IMG/VR virus record: IMGVR_UViG_3300037231_000129
Location: 1 to 64,000 of that record
DNA length: 64,000 nt
Direction: 5' to 3' (one strand)
Source: a virus
Part shown: piece by piece, positions 48,840 to 57,241 of the stretch
Position numbering within the stretch: the first letter of the stretch is position 1
Layout: each line of letters begins with the position of its first letter
Made by a program: the position numbers and the translations under genes
The notes under the pieces: model-generated
What the model was told of the DNA's origin: nothing
Database searches by the model: none
What the model saw: the letters and a program-made list of their open reading frames with translations, nothing else

Positions 48840-49226
48840 ATGAGTTTTGCTTCATCCTTCGGCCAGCCGCTCGCGCGTACTGGCCTTAATTTGCTTCGTG
48901 GGTCCACGATCCAGGCCATCGCCCGCACTGTGGGCGTTGTCGCTGCCGCGGGTCTCCTCGGAGCAGTCTACCACGTCGTCAACGACGAGGCCCGCAACGT
49001 CGTCCAGCTCGCCCGCTTGCGAGGCCAGTACCGCCGGCACCGCCACGATCGAATACTCGTAGCGACGCTCGGCACGGCTCTGGATCCGCAGCTGCAATAC
49101 CAGCTGCTCTCGTCGCGGGATGCATTCAAACGCATCACACGCCTGCTGGTCGATCCGGCCGTCGACGACGTCTCACGTAACCAGCTGCGCCAAGCCATTG
49201 TCATGGCCTGCTCGCAGCCGGTTTAG
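48840..49226 (+). CDS. hypothetical protein with TM segment (array gene)
   Basis: Shared leader. Confidence 0.75.
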   Translation: MSFASSFGQPLARTGLNLLRGSTIQAIARTVGVVAAAGLLGAVYHVVNDEARNVVQLARLRGQYRRHRHDRILVATLGTALDPQLQYQLLSSRDAFKRITRLLVDPAVDDVSRNQLRQAIVMACSQPV

Positions 49227-49353
49227 AACGGGTATCATACCCTTTCTCGTTCCCGCTTTGGTCCACCAAAGCGGGCGGGATACCCTCTCGACTGAGAGGG
49301 GAGTCCAGCCGGCCGCTCTGAAAGCGCCGACGAAATCCCGAAAGGCACACCCA

Positions 49354-49770
49354 ATGGCCAAATCCAAGCTGTCCGAACGCATGCTTCCTGTGCGAGGTTC
49401 CAAGCAATCACATGAATTGCTGATAGAGCTGGTCGCCGAACTTAAAATGGCGGCCGAAGAAGGCACTGTCTTGCATTATGCGCCTGTTTTGGACGCTTAC
49501 GTGTCAAAGCGTAAAGCCAAACAGATAAACAAATGCTTTGAGGAAATGCTCGACGAAGTTTTGCTTCGAAAATTGACGACCCTCGAATTTTTGTTTGTTG
49601 CGGCTAGACTCTGGCATTTCGCCAAGCTAGAAACAAATATGACGATGCCGATCCAAGCACGTCCATACTTACCCAAGCTGTTCGATCTCGCCGAAGAATT
49701 CGGCGTCGCGGCAGCGGATATCGCACAAATCGAAATCGACCATGTCGTGAACCCGCCGCCCGATGATTGA
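49354..49770 (+). CDS. hypothetical protein (array gene)
   Basis: CGAAAGGCACACCCA-ATG. Confidence 0.75.
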   Translation: MAKSKLSERMLPVRGSKQSHELLIELVAELKMAAEEGTVLHYAPVLDAYVSKRKAKQINKCFEEMLDEVLLRKLTTLEFLFVAARLWHFAKLETNMTMPIQARPYLPKLFDLAEEFGVAAADIAQIEIDHVVNPPPDD

Positions 49771-49778
49771 TCGGGCGG

Positions 49779-49833
49779 GCCTTCCCCGCACCGCGGGGCA
49801 GAGAGCCGAGACCTGCACGTCCCGGCGAAAGGC
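49779..49833 (+). ncRNA. hammerhead-like element A6
   Basis: GCCT T CCCCGC/GCGGGG CAGAGA GCCGAGAC/GTCCCGGC GAA AGGC. Confidence 0.55.
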
Positions 49834-49840
49834 ACACAAA

Positions 49841-49966
49841 ATGCCGTTCCTCCTCGCCCTGGCATTCATTTACCTGCCGGGTTGGGTCTGGCCCGCGCTC
49901 ATCATTTTCGCGTTGATCGCGCTGCTAGTGCCCGGCCTTGCACCCCCCAGAACCGGCGGTAAGTAA
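49841..49966 (+). CDS. 41-aa hydrophobic peptide
   Basis: Shared leader; MPFLLALAFIYLPGWVWPALIIFALIALLVPG. Confidence 0.6.
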   Translation: MPFLLALAFIYLPGWVWPALIIFALIALLVPGLAPPRTGGK

Positions 49967-50002
49967 CCGCCGGCGCCGGCATTCAACCGGCTTGAGAAAG
50001 GG
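49946..50002 (+). ncRNA. hammerhead-like element, type II topology, UUGANAA core (B1)
   Basis: CCC A GAA CCGGCGGT/ACCGCCGG C GCCGG/CCGGC TTGAGAA A GGG. Confidence 0.6.
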
Positions 50003-50008
50003 ACAACC

Positions 50009-50284
50009 ATGACCATAGACCCCAACCTCCTCCGACCTGGTCATCGTCTGCGGTTCACCCAATCGCTGGACGTCTTCACCCTGGACCACATCTTTCCCAA
50101 AGGTGCGGCGGGCACGATCGAAGACGCCGAACTCGACGCCCTCCCGGGTCTGCCAATCCTGTATCTGCGCATGGATGACGTCTTTCCCTGCTTGAGCAGC
50201 TTCAAGAATGTTCTGCAGATCTTCCGGTCTAATGACCTGGGTGCGGAGGTGACCGACGCTGAATTCGAACCATGCGGCTTCTAA
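50009..50284 (+). CDS. hypothetical protein (array gene)
   Basis: AAAGGGA RBS. Confidence 0.7.
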   Translation: MTIDPNLLRPGHRLRFTQSLDVFTLDHIFPKGAAGTIEDAELDALPGLPILYLRMDDVFPCLSSFKNVLQIFRSNDLGAEVTDAEFEPCGF

Positions 50285-50321
50285 GCCGCCTGGTGCCAGG
50301 ACACCCCTGGCTTGATAAGGA
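50264..50321 (+). ncRNA. hammerhead-like element B2
   Basis: TTC GAA CCA.GCGGC/GCCGC.TGG T GCCAGG/CCTGGC TTGATAA GGA. Confidence 0.6.
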
Positions 50322-50328
50322 CATCCAC

Positions 50329-50934
50329 ATGTTACTCACCGACGACCAGGCCACACGCATCAACGGCCTTCTCCGTGCCACGCGGCCGTTCGCCAAATTG
50401 CCGGCGACGAACCAGCGACCCATGAACACCACGTGGCAAGCACTGAACGACACGTTGATGTCGATGCGGCTCCCCCTCTATCACAGATCCCTGCGCAAGC
50501 CGGTTCCCACGGAGAAGGTCTACGAGGCCGCCGTGCAGAATGGGCTTGCACTCCTCGGCGCGTTCGCGGCGACGCTTGGCACCAAACAGGCCATCGTCAG
50601 CAGCCGCGGCCGCTGGATCGACCGCATCAGCTTTCAGCCCCGTCCCGACGGGATGAACTGGAATGCGGCGCATGCCATCTCCCCGGAGTATCTGGTCCAA
50701 AAACGGGCCAGTGATCCGAACCAAGCTGTCTCGTTGGAGGATTTCCTGTTCATGGCCGCCAAGACTACCTACGTGGTAGCCCGGCGGTCCGCAGGCGCGA
50801 TCCCCGACATTACCGCTACCTTCGCCTTCGACGTCGCCTCCGATGGTGCGCCGACGGTCGATGGGGTGGTGCGAGAACACGGCGCCCAGACGCATAACGC
50901 GAGCTTGCTGCCGCTTTCTCCTTTCCGCCTTTGA
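50329..50934 (+). CDS. hypothetical protein (array gene)
   Basis: TAAGGA RBS. Confidence 0.7.
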   Translation: MLLTDDQATRINGLLRATRPFAKLPATNQRPMNTTWQALNDTLMSMRLPLYHRSLRKPVPTEKVYEAAVQNGLALLGAFAATLGTKQAIVSSRGRWIDRISFQPRPDGMNWNAAHAISPEYLVQKRASDPNQAVSLEDFLFMAAKTTYVVARRSAGAIPDITATFAFDVASDGAPTVDGVVREHGAQTHNASLLPLSPFRL

Positions 50935-51018
50935 GAAAGGCGCGCCCTTCGGGGCCGCTTATCCATGCACATCATCATGGACTGAAGACTTGATTTCCCG
51001 CCTGATCATTACCATATC

Positions 51019-51802
51019 AGTTGGGTCATTAAAATCCGAATGATCTGGGCCCGGTTAGCGCCCTAGAGTGCGGCGCTTCTGCGCGGCTTGAGACGATCCT
51101 GGTGCGACGGTCGCACTTGCAATTTAGCAGGCGAGATGTTGAGGAAGACATCAATAGAGATTCCGCATCGTTGTGGTACTTGCAAGAACGCGGAAAAGGC
51201 CAATGCTCGACTGTAAGGCCAGTTGGGATTTGAGTACGGCAGCACTTGTAACCCTGCCCGAACACGGGGGCGCCACCCTCCAAGCCTAAACCTCTTCTAT
51301 TTCGTCCAATGAGTATCGACCAAAATGGCTCCGCTATAGTCCATCGGCATGCCGGTCATCCGGATTGATGCCAGTTAGAATGCGGTTCCGAGTGCCTGGG
51401 GTCTATGGCCCCCAGGCCGCCATGAGTAGTCGAGCCATCCGTAGTGGTAGAAGTTGGTTTGACTATGGAAATCAAACTGATGGAATTCACCGCGGAGATC
51501 CTATCCGGCAAGCCATTGGCGACCGCAAGGGCGCCGAGAATGCCGAGAGTTCATGCAGGCCCATGAGCAGGATAGGATCTGGTTTCCGTCGCATAACGCG
51601 GCGGGCTGAGAACTCGCCCGGGGCCTGGTCGCAATCCAGTAGCCAGAGCCCCCGGGCGGCAGAAACCAGATATCATTCCCATAGCATAGCGGTCCGAGTA
51701 GCTTAGTGCGCTCGACTGCTAAGGCCGGCAGCTTCTGCTGTGTTTCGAAAGGAACCCGCGTTGGGTGTGCGCGGCGGCCGGCATCTCACCCACCACCCAA
51801 CT
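51019..51802 (+). ncRNA. candidate large structured non-coding RNA (about 780 nt)
   Basis: No credible ORF; many nested helices; 5'/3' closing helix AGTTGGGT/ACCCAACT; followed by a terminator. Confidence 0.6.
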
Positions 51803-51804
51803 TC

Positions 51805-51839
51805 CCCCCTGACAGGACCCCCTGTCAGGGGGTTTTTTT
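51805..51839 (+). terminator. strong intrinsic terminator
   Basis: CCCCCTGACAGG-ACCC-CCTGTCAGGGGG followed by T7. Confidence 0.85.
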
Positions 51840-52262
51840 GTGCCTTTGACGCCAGCTCGCCAGTCCGTGCAACGCGGCGCGGAGTAATGGCTGCTGGGTG
51901 GCCGTGGGCGGGTTTTCCCACACCACGCAATTTACCAGCACATTCCAGGAATCCGGGCCGATCGCGTCGTAGGCATGCGCCAGCTGGTGCAACGCGGCTG
52001 CCTGCTCAGACGCGCGCGTTGCGTCTGCTTCAGTGAACGAGGAGCGGCTCAACCGCCCGCGGAGGTTGCCTGTCGTCGCCATTTCGCCAAACCAGGCGGC
52101 CGCGCCCAGCAGTTTGGCGACCTCGTCGCCCAGCTCGCCGGCGTGCGCCATCACCTCGAGCGGTGTGAGCATGCGGCCCGGAATGACGGTTTTCACGACC
52201 ATCCGGCCATCTTTGATCGTGACGTCGGCGAATGCCGCCTTGACACGATGTTGATACGCCAT
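51825..52262 (-). CDS. DUF6456-like putative transcriptional (late/antitermination) regulator
   Basis: GAGGGG RBS; C-terminal A..AIG....VL..CV.......LLRAAL..LA pattern. Confidence 0.45.
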   Translation of the reverse strand: MAYQHRVKAAFADVTIKDGRMVVKTVIPGRMLTPLEVMAHAGELGDEVAKLLGAAAWFGEMATTGNLRGRLSRSSFTEADATRASEQAAALHQLAHAYDAIGPDSWNVLVNCVVWENPPTATQQPLLRAALHGLASWRQRHKKTP

Positions 52263-52328
52263 GGAAAACCCCTCTATCGTGGACCATGATCTTGCCTACG
52301 ACTCTAGGAAAGCGGTTAACATCCGGCC

Positions 52329-52865
52329 ATGAAAGCCCCGACCAGCCTCCCCGTTCTGCCATTAAAAGCCGATATCACGAGCGAGGTGGGTCAGATCGCG
52401 ATCGCGATCCCACTGGCCACGACGTATCTGCTTTCACTGATCGATCCGGCCGACAAGAAAGGTAAACGGCATCTGTATAATCAGCGGCACTTGCGAAATT
52501 TGACCGGCGGTGGCGACAAGAATGGCAAAGGCGGCAACGAAGAAGACCGGCTGCACAAGAATTCGATCCTGAAAATCTGGGACCTGCGCAAGATATGGGC
52601 GGTCCCTCAGCCAATAAATCCCACTTTGGGGAGAGCCTATCGAAAAGCATGCTCAGTGGCTGGTGGTACGCCCACCATGAAGAAACCGAAAATGCACTGG
52701 ATCGAGGCGAAAGAGGGTGCATCCGGCTTCATGGGCGAAAGCGGGCGCTACCAATGGCTGTGGAACCCTGAGGTTTCCACCTTCGAGAAGCTGGAGCTGA
52801 TCCTCGCTGAAGCCCGCCGGCGGGGGTTTGACGCCGAGGTGGTCAAGATGCGGCAAGCGGCGTGA
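52329..52865 (+). CDS. hypothetical protein
   Basis: 178-aa ORF. Confidence 0.6.
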   Translation: MKAPTSLPVLPLKADITSEVGQIAIAIPLATTYLLSLIDPADKKGKRHLYNQRHLRNLTGGGDKNGKGGNEEDRLHKNSILKIWDLRKIWAVPQPINPTLGRAYRKACSVAGGTPTMKKPKMHWIEAKEGASGFMGESGRYQWLWNPEVSTFEKLELILAEARRRGFDAEVVKMRQAA

Positions 52866-52877
52866 GGGATCCCCCGC

Positions 52878-53501
52878 GTGAGCCCCGAAAACGCCCCATC
52901 CTCGCTCACCATCCCTGTTGCGTCTGCGCCTCTCGATTTGCTCCCTACGGCGTCGGAAAAAGCTTTCCTTGGATCTTCAGTCAGGACTGGGAAACCTACT
53001 TCAAATCCATGCTCTGGTACTGTCCGAAGCACAATCCAGACACCGCGGCGTCGCAACCATTACGAACGCCGGCTGCAAATCTACCTCGTGCGTCAGTTCC
53101 GCCGCCTGGTCGATCCACTGGACGCGAGCCTGATCGCGATCGAGAACGGCGAAGACCGTAGCCCGGAGACGCTCGAGCTGCTCGATGCCATGGGGTTGGA
53201 GGCCGGTATCACCGACCTGGTGCTGCTCGCCACAGGCGCACGGGCGCACTGGATCGAGATCAAGCTGGCCAAGACGGATCTGCATGCAGCGACCGACGTG
53301 CGGCCCAACCAGCAGGTGATCCACAACCTGCTCCGCTATTATCGCTTCCAGGTCAGCGTGGTGCGGACGGCGGACGAATTCTGGGCAATCGTGGATGCGA
53401 TGCAGATCCACCATTTGCCGCGGCCGCCGGTGCATGAGCAGCTGCACCTGCCGGTGATGCGCCGGCGGCGGCTGAAGCGCCCGACGGCCGAGGCGGCCTA
53501 G
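52878..53501 (+). CDS. VRR-NUC (PD-(D/E)xK) nuclease
   Basis: E..LQ, MGL.AGITDL, WIEIK, Q...H..L...V.VVR. Confidence 0.75.
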   Translation: MSPENAPSSLTIPVASAPLDLLPTASEKAFLGSSVRTGKPTSNPCSGTVRSTIQTPRRRNHYERRLQIYLVRQFRRLVDPLDASLIAIENGEDRSPETLELLDAMGLEAGITDLVLLATGARAHWIEIKLAKTDLHAATDVRPNQQVIHNLLRYYRFQVSVVRTADEFWAIVDAMQIHHLPRPPVHEQLHLPVMRRRRLKRPTAEAA

Positions 53502-53532
53502 CCGATCGGCTTAGCCGGCGGCCGCGATTCCA

Positions 53533-53763
53533 TCAGTTGTCCCGTTTTTCCATGCGAGAGAGTCGGCCGGGACGGTTTCCCCTGAGCCTGCGGCCTGCAT
53601 CCGTCAGCCAAAGCAACCGGTTCTCCGTCCTGGTGACGAGGCCGGCTGACGTCGCGGCGGCGACGATCGCCCGGTCATCCGGCAGGCTACGCGATTCCCA
53701 CCATTCGGCGAACAGCGTGCTGTCAGCGATGACGGCCTGGGGCGTCGGATCTTGCGTCATCAT
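53533..53763 (-). CDS. hypothetical protein
   Basis: ATGA coupling. Confidence 0.5.
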   Translation of the reverse strand: MMTQDPTPQAVIADSTLFAEWWESRSLPDDRAIVAAATSAGLVTRTENRLLWLTDAGRRLRGNRPGRLSRMEKRDN

Positions 53764-53996
53764 GGCAAATCCGTATTCGAGGCGCTGGACAGCGAGCACC
53801 ATCCGTCCCACTCGGTCATCGTCGACGTCGTCCAGAGCATGCAGCCATCCGCCAGACACCGTGTCGCGACGATGACGTTCGCCGTCTGTTGGCTGCTCAT
53901 CGTCGGTCCTGGCCGGTTGATGGCTGGCCCCTCATCCTGCATCGACAGGGTGCGCGACCATGGGCACCATTTCTTCTTTGCTTCGTCGGGGCTCAT
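53760..53996 (-). CDS. Cys-rich small phage protein
   Basis: EAKKKWCP...C.A.GCMLW...GWC.L. Confidence 0.7.
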   Translation of the reverse strand: MSPDEAKKKWCPWSRTLSMQDEGPAINRPGPTMSSQQTANVIVATRCLADGCMLWTTSTMTEWDGWCSLSSASNTDLP

Positions 53997-54544
53997 TCTT
54001 CGGTTTCCTCTGGTTCTGGAGCGTCGGCGGCGAGCACCTCTTCAGGGTGCTTTTGCGCCATGTGGGCACTGAGATCAGCGAAGCTGGTATCGCAGTGCAG
54101 GCAGATGCCGTGAGCCGCCTGCTTCTCCGCTCGCCGCAGCGCCTTGTTGGCGTCGCGGGCCTTGCGACGCGCCCGATCGCGCGCCTCGATCGCCACGCTG
54201 AAGGCTTCTACCGCGCGGAATTGGCGGCCCTGCGCCTCGGTCGCAATTCGCTGGAGGCGCTCGATCTCTTCCGCCTGGCGGGCGGTCTCCTGCTTCAGCC
54301 GATCACGCTCGCGGCGCGTCATCTCGTCCTGGCAGTTGTCTTTGTCCCAGCCCCAGCCGTGCCCATTCGGACAGTAATTGTAGCCGCCCTTGTTGTGCCG
54401 GTGGTCATAAACCTTGATCGGAACGACATAGAGAACGCCACAGCTGCCGCATTCGGTGATCCGGTAGGACTGGTCGCGGATCTCGATCAGGTCGCAGCTA
54501 AGAGATCGTGTCGGCGGGATCACCGCCAGATTTTGCCGTCCCAT
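53993..54544 (-). CDS. zinc-finger/coiled-coil phage protein
   Basis: CGSCG, YCPNGH, G.C..C..SF..L..HM..KHP; GGAGG RBS. Confidence 0.75.
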   Translation of the reverse strand: MGRQNLAVIPPTRSLSCDLIEIRDQSYRITECGSCGVLYVVPIKVYDHRHNKGGYNYCPNGHGWGWDKDNCQDEMTRRERDRLKQETARQAEEIERLQRIATEAQGRQFRAVEAFSVAIEARDRARRKARDANKALRRAEKQAAHGICLHCDTSFADLSAHMAQKHPEEVLAADAPEPEETEE

Positions 54545-55310
54545 ATTGCACCTCCCTGGTGATCGGGAATGTCTGCCACCGCTGGAGCGTCACATGCTCG
54601 GGCGGCGCGGTGCGGCCGCGCCCAGCCGGCGGCAGGGGCCACCCTTCATCGGTGCAGCCGATACAGTACCACCGCGTCTTGCGCCGCTTGCGCGCGGTGC
54701 GGAACCACGCAAGCCAGTCGTCGAAATCGCTGACCTCCGCATCAGTCAGCGGGCCGGTAGCGACAACGATATCGGTGCAGTGGGTGTTTTTCGAGGCCAC
54801 CCCAGCGAGAGTGGCCGCGTTTACCACCAAGTTCCACATATTGGGGCCACTGGCCCGCCAAACCTGCACGTGGCCACGATCTGGCATCATCACCGGATAG
54901 AGGCTGACGATCATCAGGCCGCCGTAGCCCAGCCGATAACTCCACCGAATCATACGCTTGACCGCCAAATTACTGACGTCAGCGGTCGACGGGTCGGCGT
55001 TGTAGGTAACCCAGCAAAGCTTCGGACCTGACCCCCAGGTATGGATCAACAGCTCGCGCCAGCGGGTCATATCGCTATCGTCCCAGCGTGGCTCCTCGTT
55101 GTCGTCACGCCACCGTCTCATGCCACCACCATGAAATACCACGTGGCGCATCACTGGCTTGACCGGCCTATCGCGAGAACGAACCACGGGCGGCAACGTC
55201 ACGCCGCTGCGTTTCAGCATTTCCTCGATGTCAACGATCGCGTCCATGCCGCCTCCTGCCACGGATGTGTCCATGATCATAGACCAAAAATCCGGATGGT
55301 CCAGCCTCAA
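54498..55310 (-). CDS. DUF1643-like protein
   Basis: WGSGP..CWV..PSTAD, WSYRLGYGGL.IVSLY. Confidence 0.65.
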   Translation of the reverse strand: MRLDHPDFWSMIMDTSVAGGGMDAIVDIEEMLKRSGVTLPPVVRSRDRPVKPVMRHVVFHGGGMRRWRDDNEEPRWDDSDMTRWRELLIHTWGSGPKLCWVTYNADPSTADVSNLAVKRMIRWSYRLGYGGLMIVSLYPVMMPDRGHVQVWRASGPNMWNLVVNAATLAGVASKNTHCTDIVVATGPLTDAEVSDFDDWLAWFRTARKRRKTRWYCIGCTDEGWPLPPAGRGRTAPPEHVTLQRWQTFPITREVQYGTAKSGGDPADTIS

Positions 55311-57238
55311 TCATCGTAGCGATCCTGCCATGACTGCCCCACCGGCTCGCGGAGAGCGTCAACCGACACCAGCTGCGGCGTGATCCGGGTATTGCTGAGG
55401 TTGTAGCGCATCATCGTGTCGCCCACGGTCACGTAGTAAGACTCCTTTGACTTCCAGCTTCGCACCAGCATGTCGGAGTTTTCAAAGTTCGGGCGATGAA
55501 TTGTCAGGCCGAAATCGCAGCGCGAATAGAAATTCTGTCCCCCACCGATGTCGTAACCGACGGGCACCGGATAACTGCCATCCTTGTTTTTCTCGCGCAT
55601 GGTATGCGGGTGCACGATCAATACGATATTAGTGCGAAGCTCTACCGCGAGCCCGACGCAGCCTTGCAAGACAACGCCCAGCCAATCGGTTTGCGTCTTG
55701 CGCCAGCCCTGTGGCATTTCGTCGTCGATTTCCTGCCACGGATCCCAGATTACCAGCTTGGCCCCGGTGCGCTTCACCGCTGAGCGTGTTGTTTCTTTCA
55801 ACCAGGTGAGCGGGGCCGGTTTGCCGCGTTCCGGCCATGCGATGAAGCTCCAATATTTGTGGACCCATTCCTGATTGGTCATCAACGCGGTGGCGCGATC
55901 CATACGCTCGAGATGGGCATTGCTGAAAAATGGCTGTTGGGTGCGTTGGGAAATCAAATCGACGCTGACGCGTTTGTTGCTGACCTCGGCCGAGAACATG
56001 ATCGTGTGAAACGGCCGGGCGAATTGATTGACCTGCATCTGATCAATCGCATGTTCGGTCACCATGGTGCTGTAGGCTGTCCAGAATGCCGATTTGCCAT
56101 GGCCTGGAATCCCCGTAGTGACCCAAAAACGTCCGTCGTCCGCCAGACTTATCCGTTGATCCAACGCCGCAACCCCGGTGATGAACCGCCCGCGTCCGAT
56201 CCCGTCGTAGAGATTGCCGACTTCCTCGTCGGTGACGACTTCGATGCCCTCAAGCGGGTAAGGCTCGGCATGGTCGATCGCGAACCGCACGGCGTCACGG
56301 CCACGCTTGGACAAGGTATCCTTGGCGTCCTTGCAGCCTTCGGGCCAGCGGACCAGCCAACAGCGCTCCTTGCCCAGCCGGCGGGCGATCTCCTCGTGAT
56401 GATTGGATCCGGCCAAATCCATGTCACCAGCGAGAATGATCTGCTTGAGGCGCTTCAGCTTTTGGTTGCTATGGAGGCAAATATACCTCTGATCGTCATC
56501 CGTGACCGGATCGTAGACCTTCGACAGCTTCGCCGGGCTGCCGTCTGGCAAACTCGTGGTCTGGCGAAAGCCGGCCTCGACGCATGCCGCAACGTCGTCC
56601 TCGCCCTCCACGATGATACCGGTTTCATCGCTGACGAAGCTGTCGACATTGTAGAGCGATTGCTCGGCGTCCGGTTCCTGGCTGAACCGCTTCACCCCGC
56701 TGCTGTACACCGCCTTGTATTTGACGTTCAGCAACGCGCCATCTTCGCGGTAGGGATAGGCGATCACCGGGCGCATGCGGCCGGCGCCGTCGATCTGCTT
56801 GCCGGCCTTGTCGATCGCCGGCATGAAGCGCTGGCTCCGGTAGATGCCGAGCATCTGCACGGTAGCCTCGGAGATCCCGAACTTCGCGAACCAGGTCAGC
56901 AGCGATGCCGGGCGATCGATATCTTCCGGTGGTACCGGCCGCCGATAGACCTTCGGGGCCTGCTGGCGGCGCGGTGGTGATCCGGAGAGCCGGCGGCCGC
57001 CGGTGATGCCGCAGTTGTTCGCCCGGTGGCATACCCAGGTGAAGCCCTGCCCATCATCGTCGATCCGGACGTAGAAATTCTTCTCCCGCTGCTTGCCACC
57101 ACCGCATTCGGGGCAGAACAGCTTGGAGCGACCACCGCCGTGGTTCTTGCCGGGTCGCGGCGCTTCGTGAAGCTCGATCCGCTCATCGTCGAGTAGCTCC
57201 TGCAGCGTTTCGCACGGCTGCTCGCCCTTCCGCGCCAC
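55307..57238 (-). CDS. bifunctional DNA primase-helicase (T7 gp4/Twinkle-like)
   Basis: Zinc finger CPEC..CH..NC; TOPRIM VEGEDD, DMD, KDA; Walker A TGIPGHGKS; DPW; VHP; IHRP. Confidence 0.9.
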   Translation of the reverse strand: MARKGEQPCETLQELLDDERIELHEAPRPGKNHGGGRSKLFCPECGGGKQREKNFYVRIDDDGQGFTWVCHRANNCGITGGRRLSGSPPRRQQAPKVYRRPVPPEDIDRPASLLTWFAKFGISEATVQMLGIYRSQRFMPAIDKAGKQIDGAGRMRPVIAYPYREDGALLNVKYKAVYSSGVKRFSQEPDAEQSLYNVDSFVSDETGIIVEGEDDVAACVEAGFRQTTSLPDGSPAKLSKVYDPVTDDDQRYICLHSNQKLKRLKQIILAGDMDLAGSNHHEEIARRLGKERCWLVRWPEGCKDAKDTLSKRGRDAVRFAIDHAEPYPLEGIEVVTDEEVGNLYDGIGRGRFITGVAALDQRISLADDGRFWVTTGIPGHGKSAFWTAYSTMVTEHAIDQMQVNQFARPFHTIMFSAEVSNKRVSVDLISQRTQQPFFSNAHLERMDRATALMTNQEWVHKYWSFIAWPERGKPAPLTWLKETTRSAVKRTGAKLVIWDPWQEIDDEMPQGWRKTQTDWLGVVLQGCVGLAVELRTNIVLIVHPHTMREKNKDGSYPVPVGYDIGGGQNFYSRCDFGLTIHRPNFENSDMLVRSWKSKESYYVTVGDTMMRYNLSNTRITPQLVSVDALREPVGQSWQDRYDD

Positions 57239-57241
57239 CGG

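Noticed and set aside
47349-49833. HDV-like (theta) ribozyme reading of the CAGAGA family (hairpin-CGAA-closing stem)
   Set aside because: No upstream P1 partner and no P3/L3/P1.1 pattern; a three-way junction fits better.
47334-50329. CRISPR array or simple Rho-independent terminators as the explanation for the intergenic repeats
   Set aside because: Repeats vary in stem sequence, are separated by whole genes, lack U-tracts, and no cas genes are present.
50930-50960. TTGAGAAAGG after the last array gene as another hammerhead-like copy
   Set aside because: Core-like string only; upstream GAA and stems I/III not found.
51200-51370. Group I intron core (GACTGTA/TATAGTC P7-like pairing, CTATAGTCC S-like motif)
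   Set aside because: No interrupted gene, atypical J6/7, and P3-P6 could not be assigned by eye; a covariance-model search is needed to exclude it fully.
51029-51706. Short ORFs within the 51-kb gap
   Set aside because: No RBS, atypical composition; the dense base-pairing is better explained by a structured RNA.
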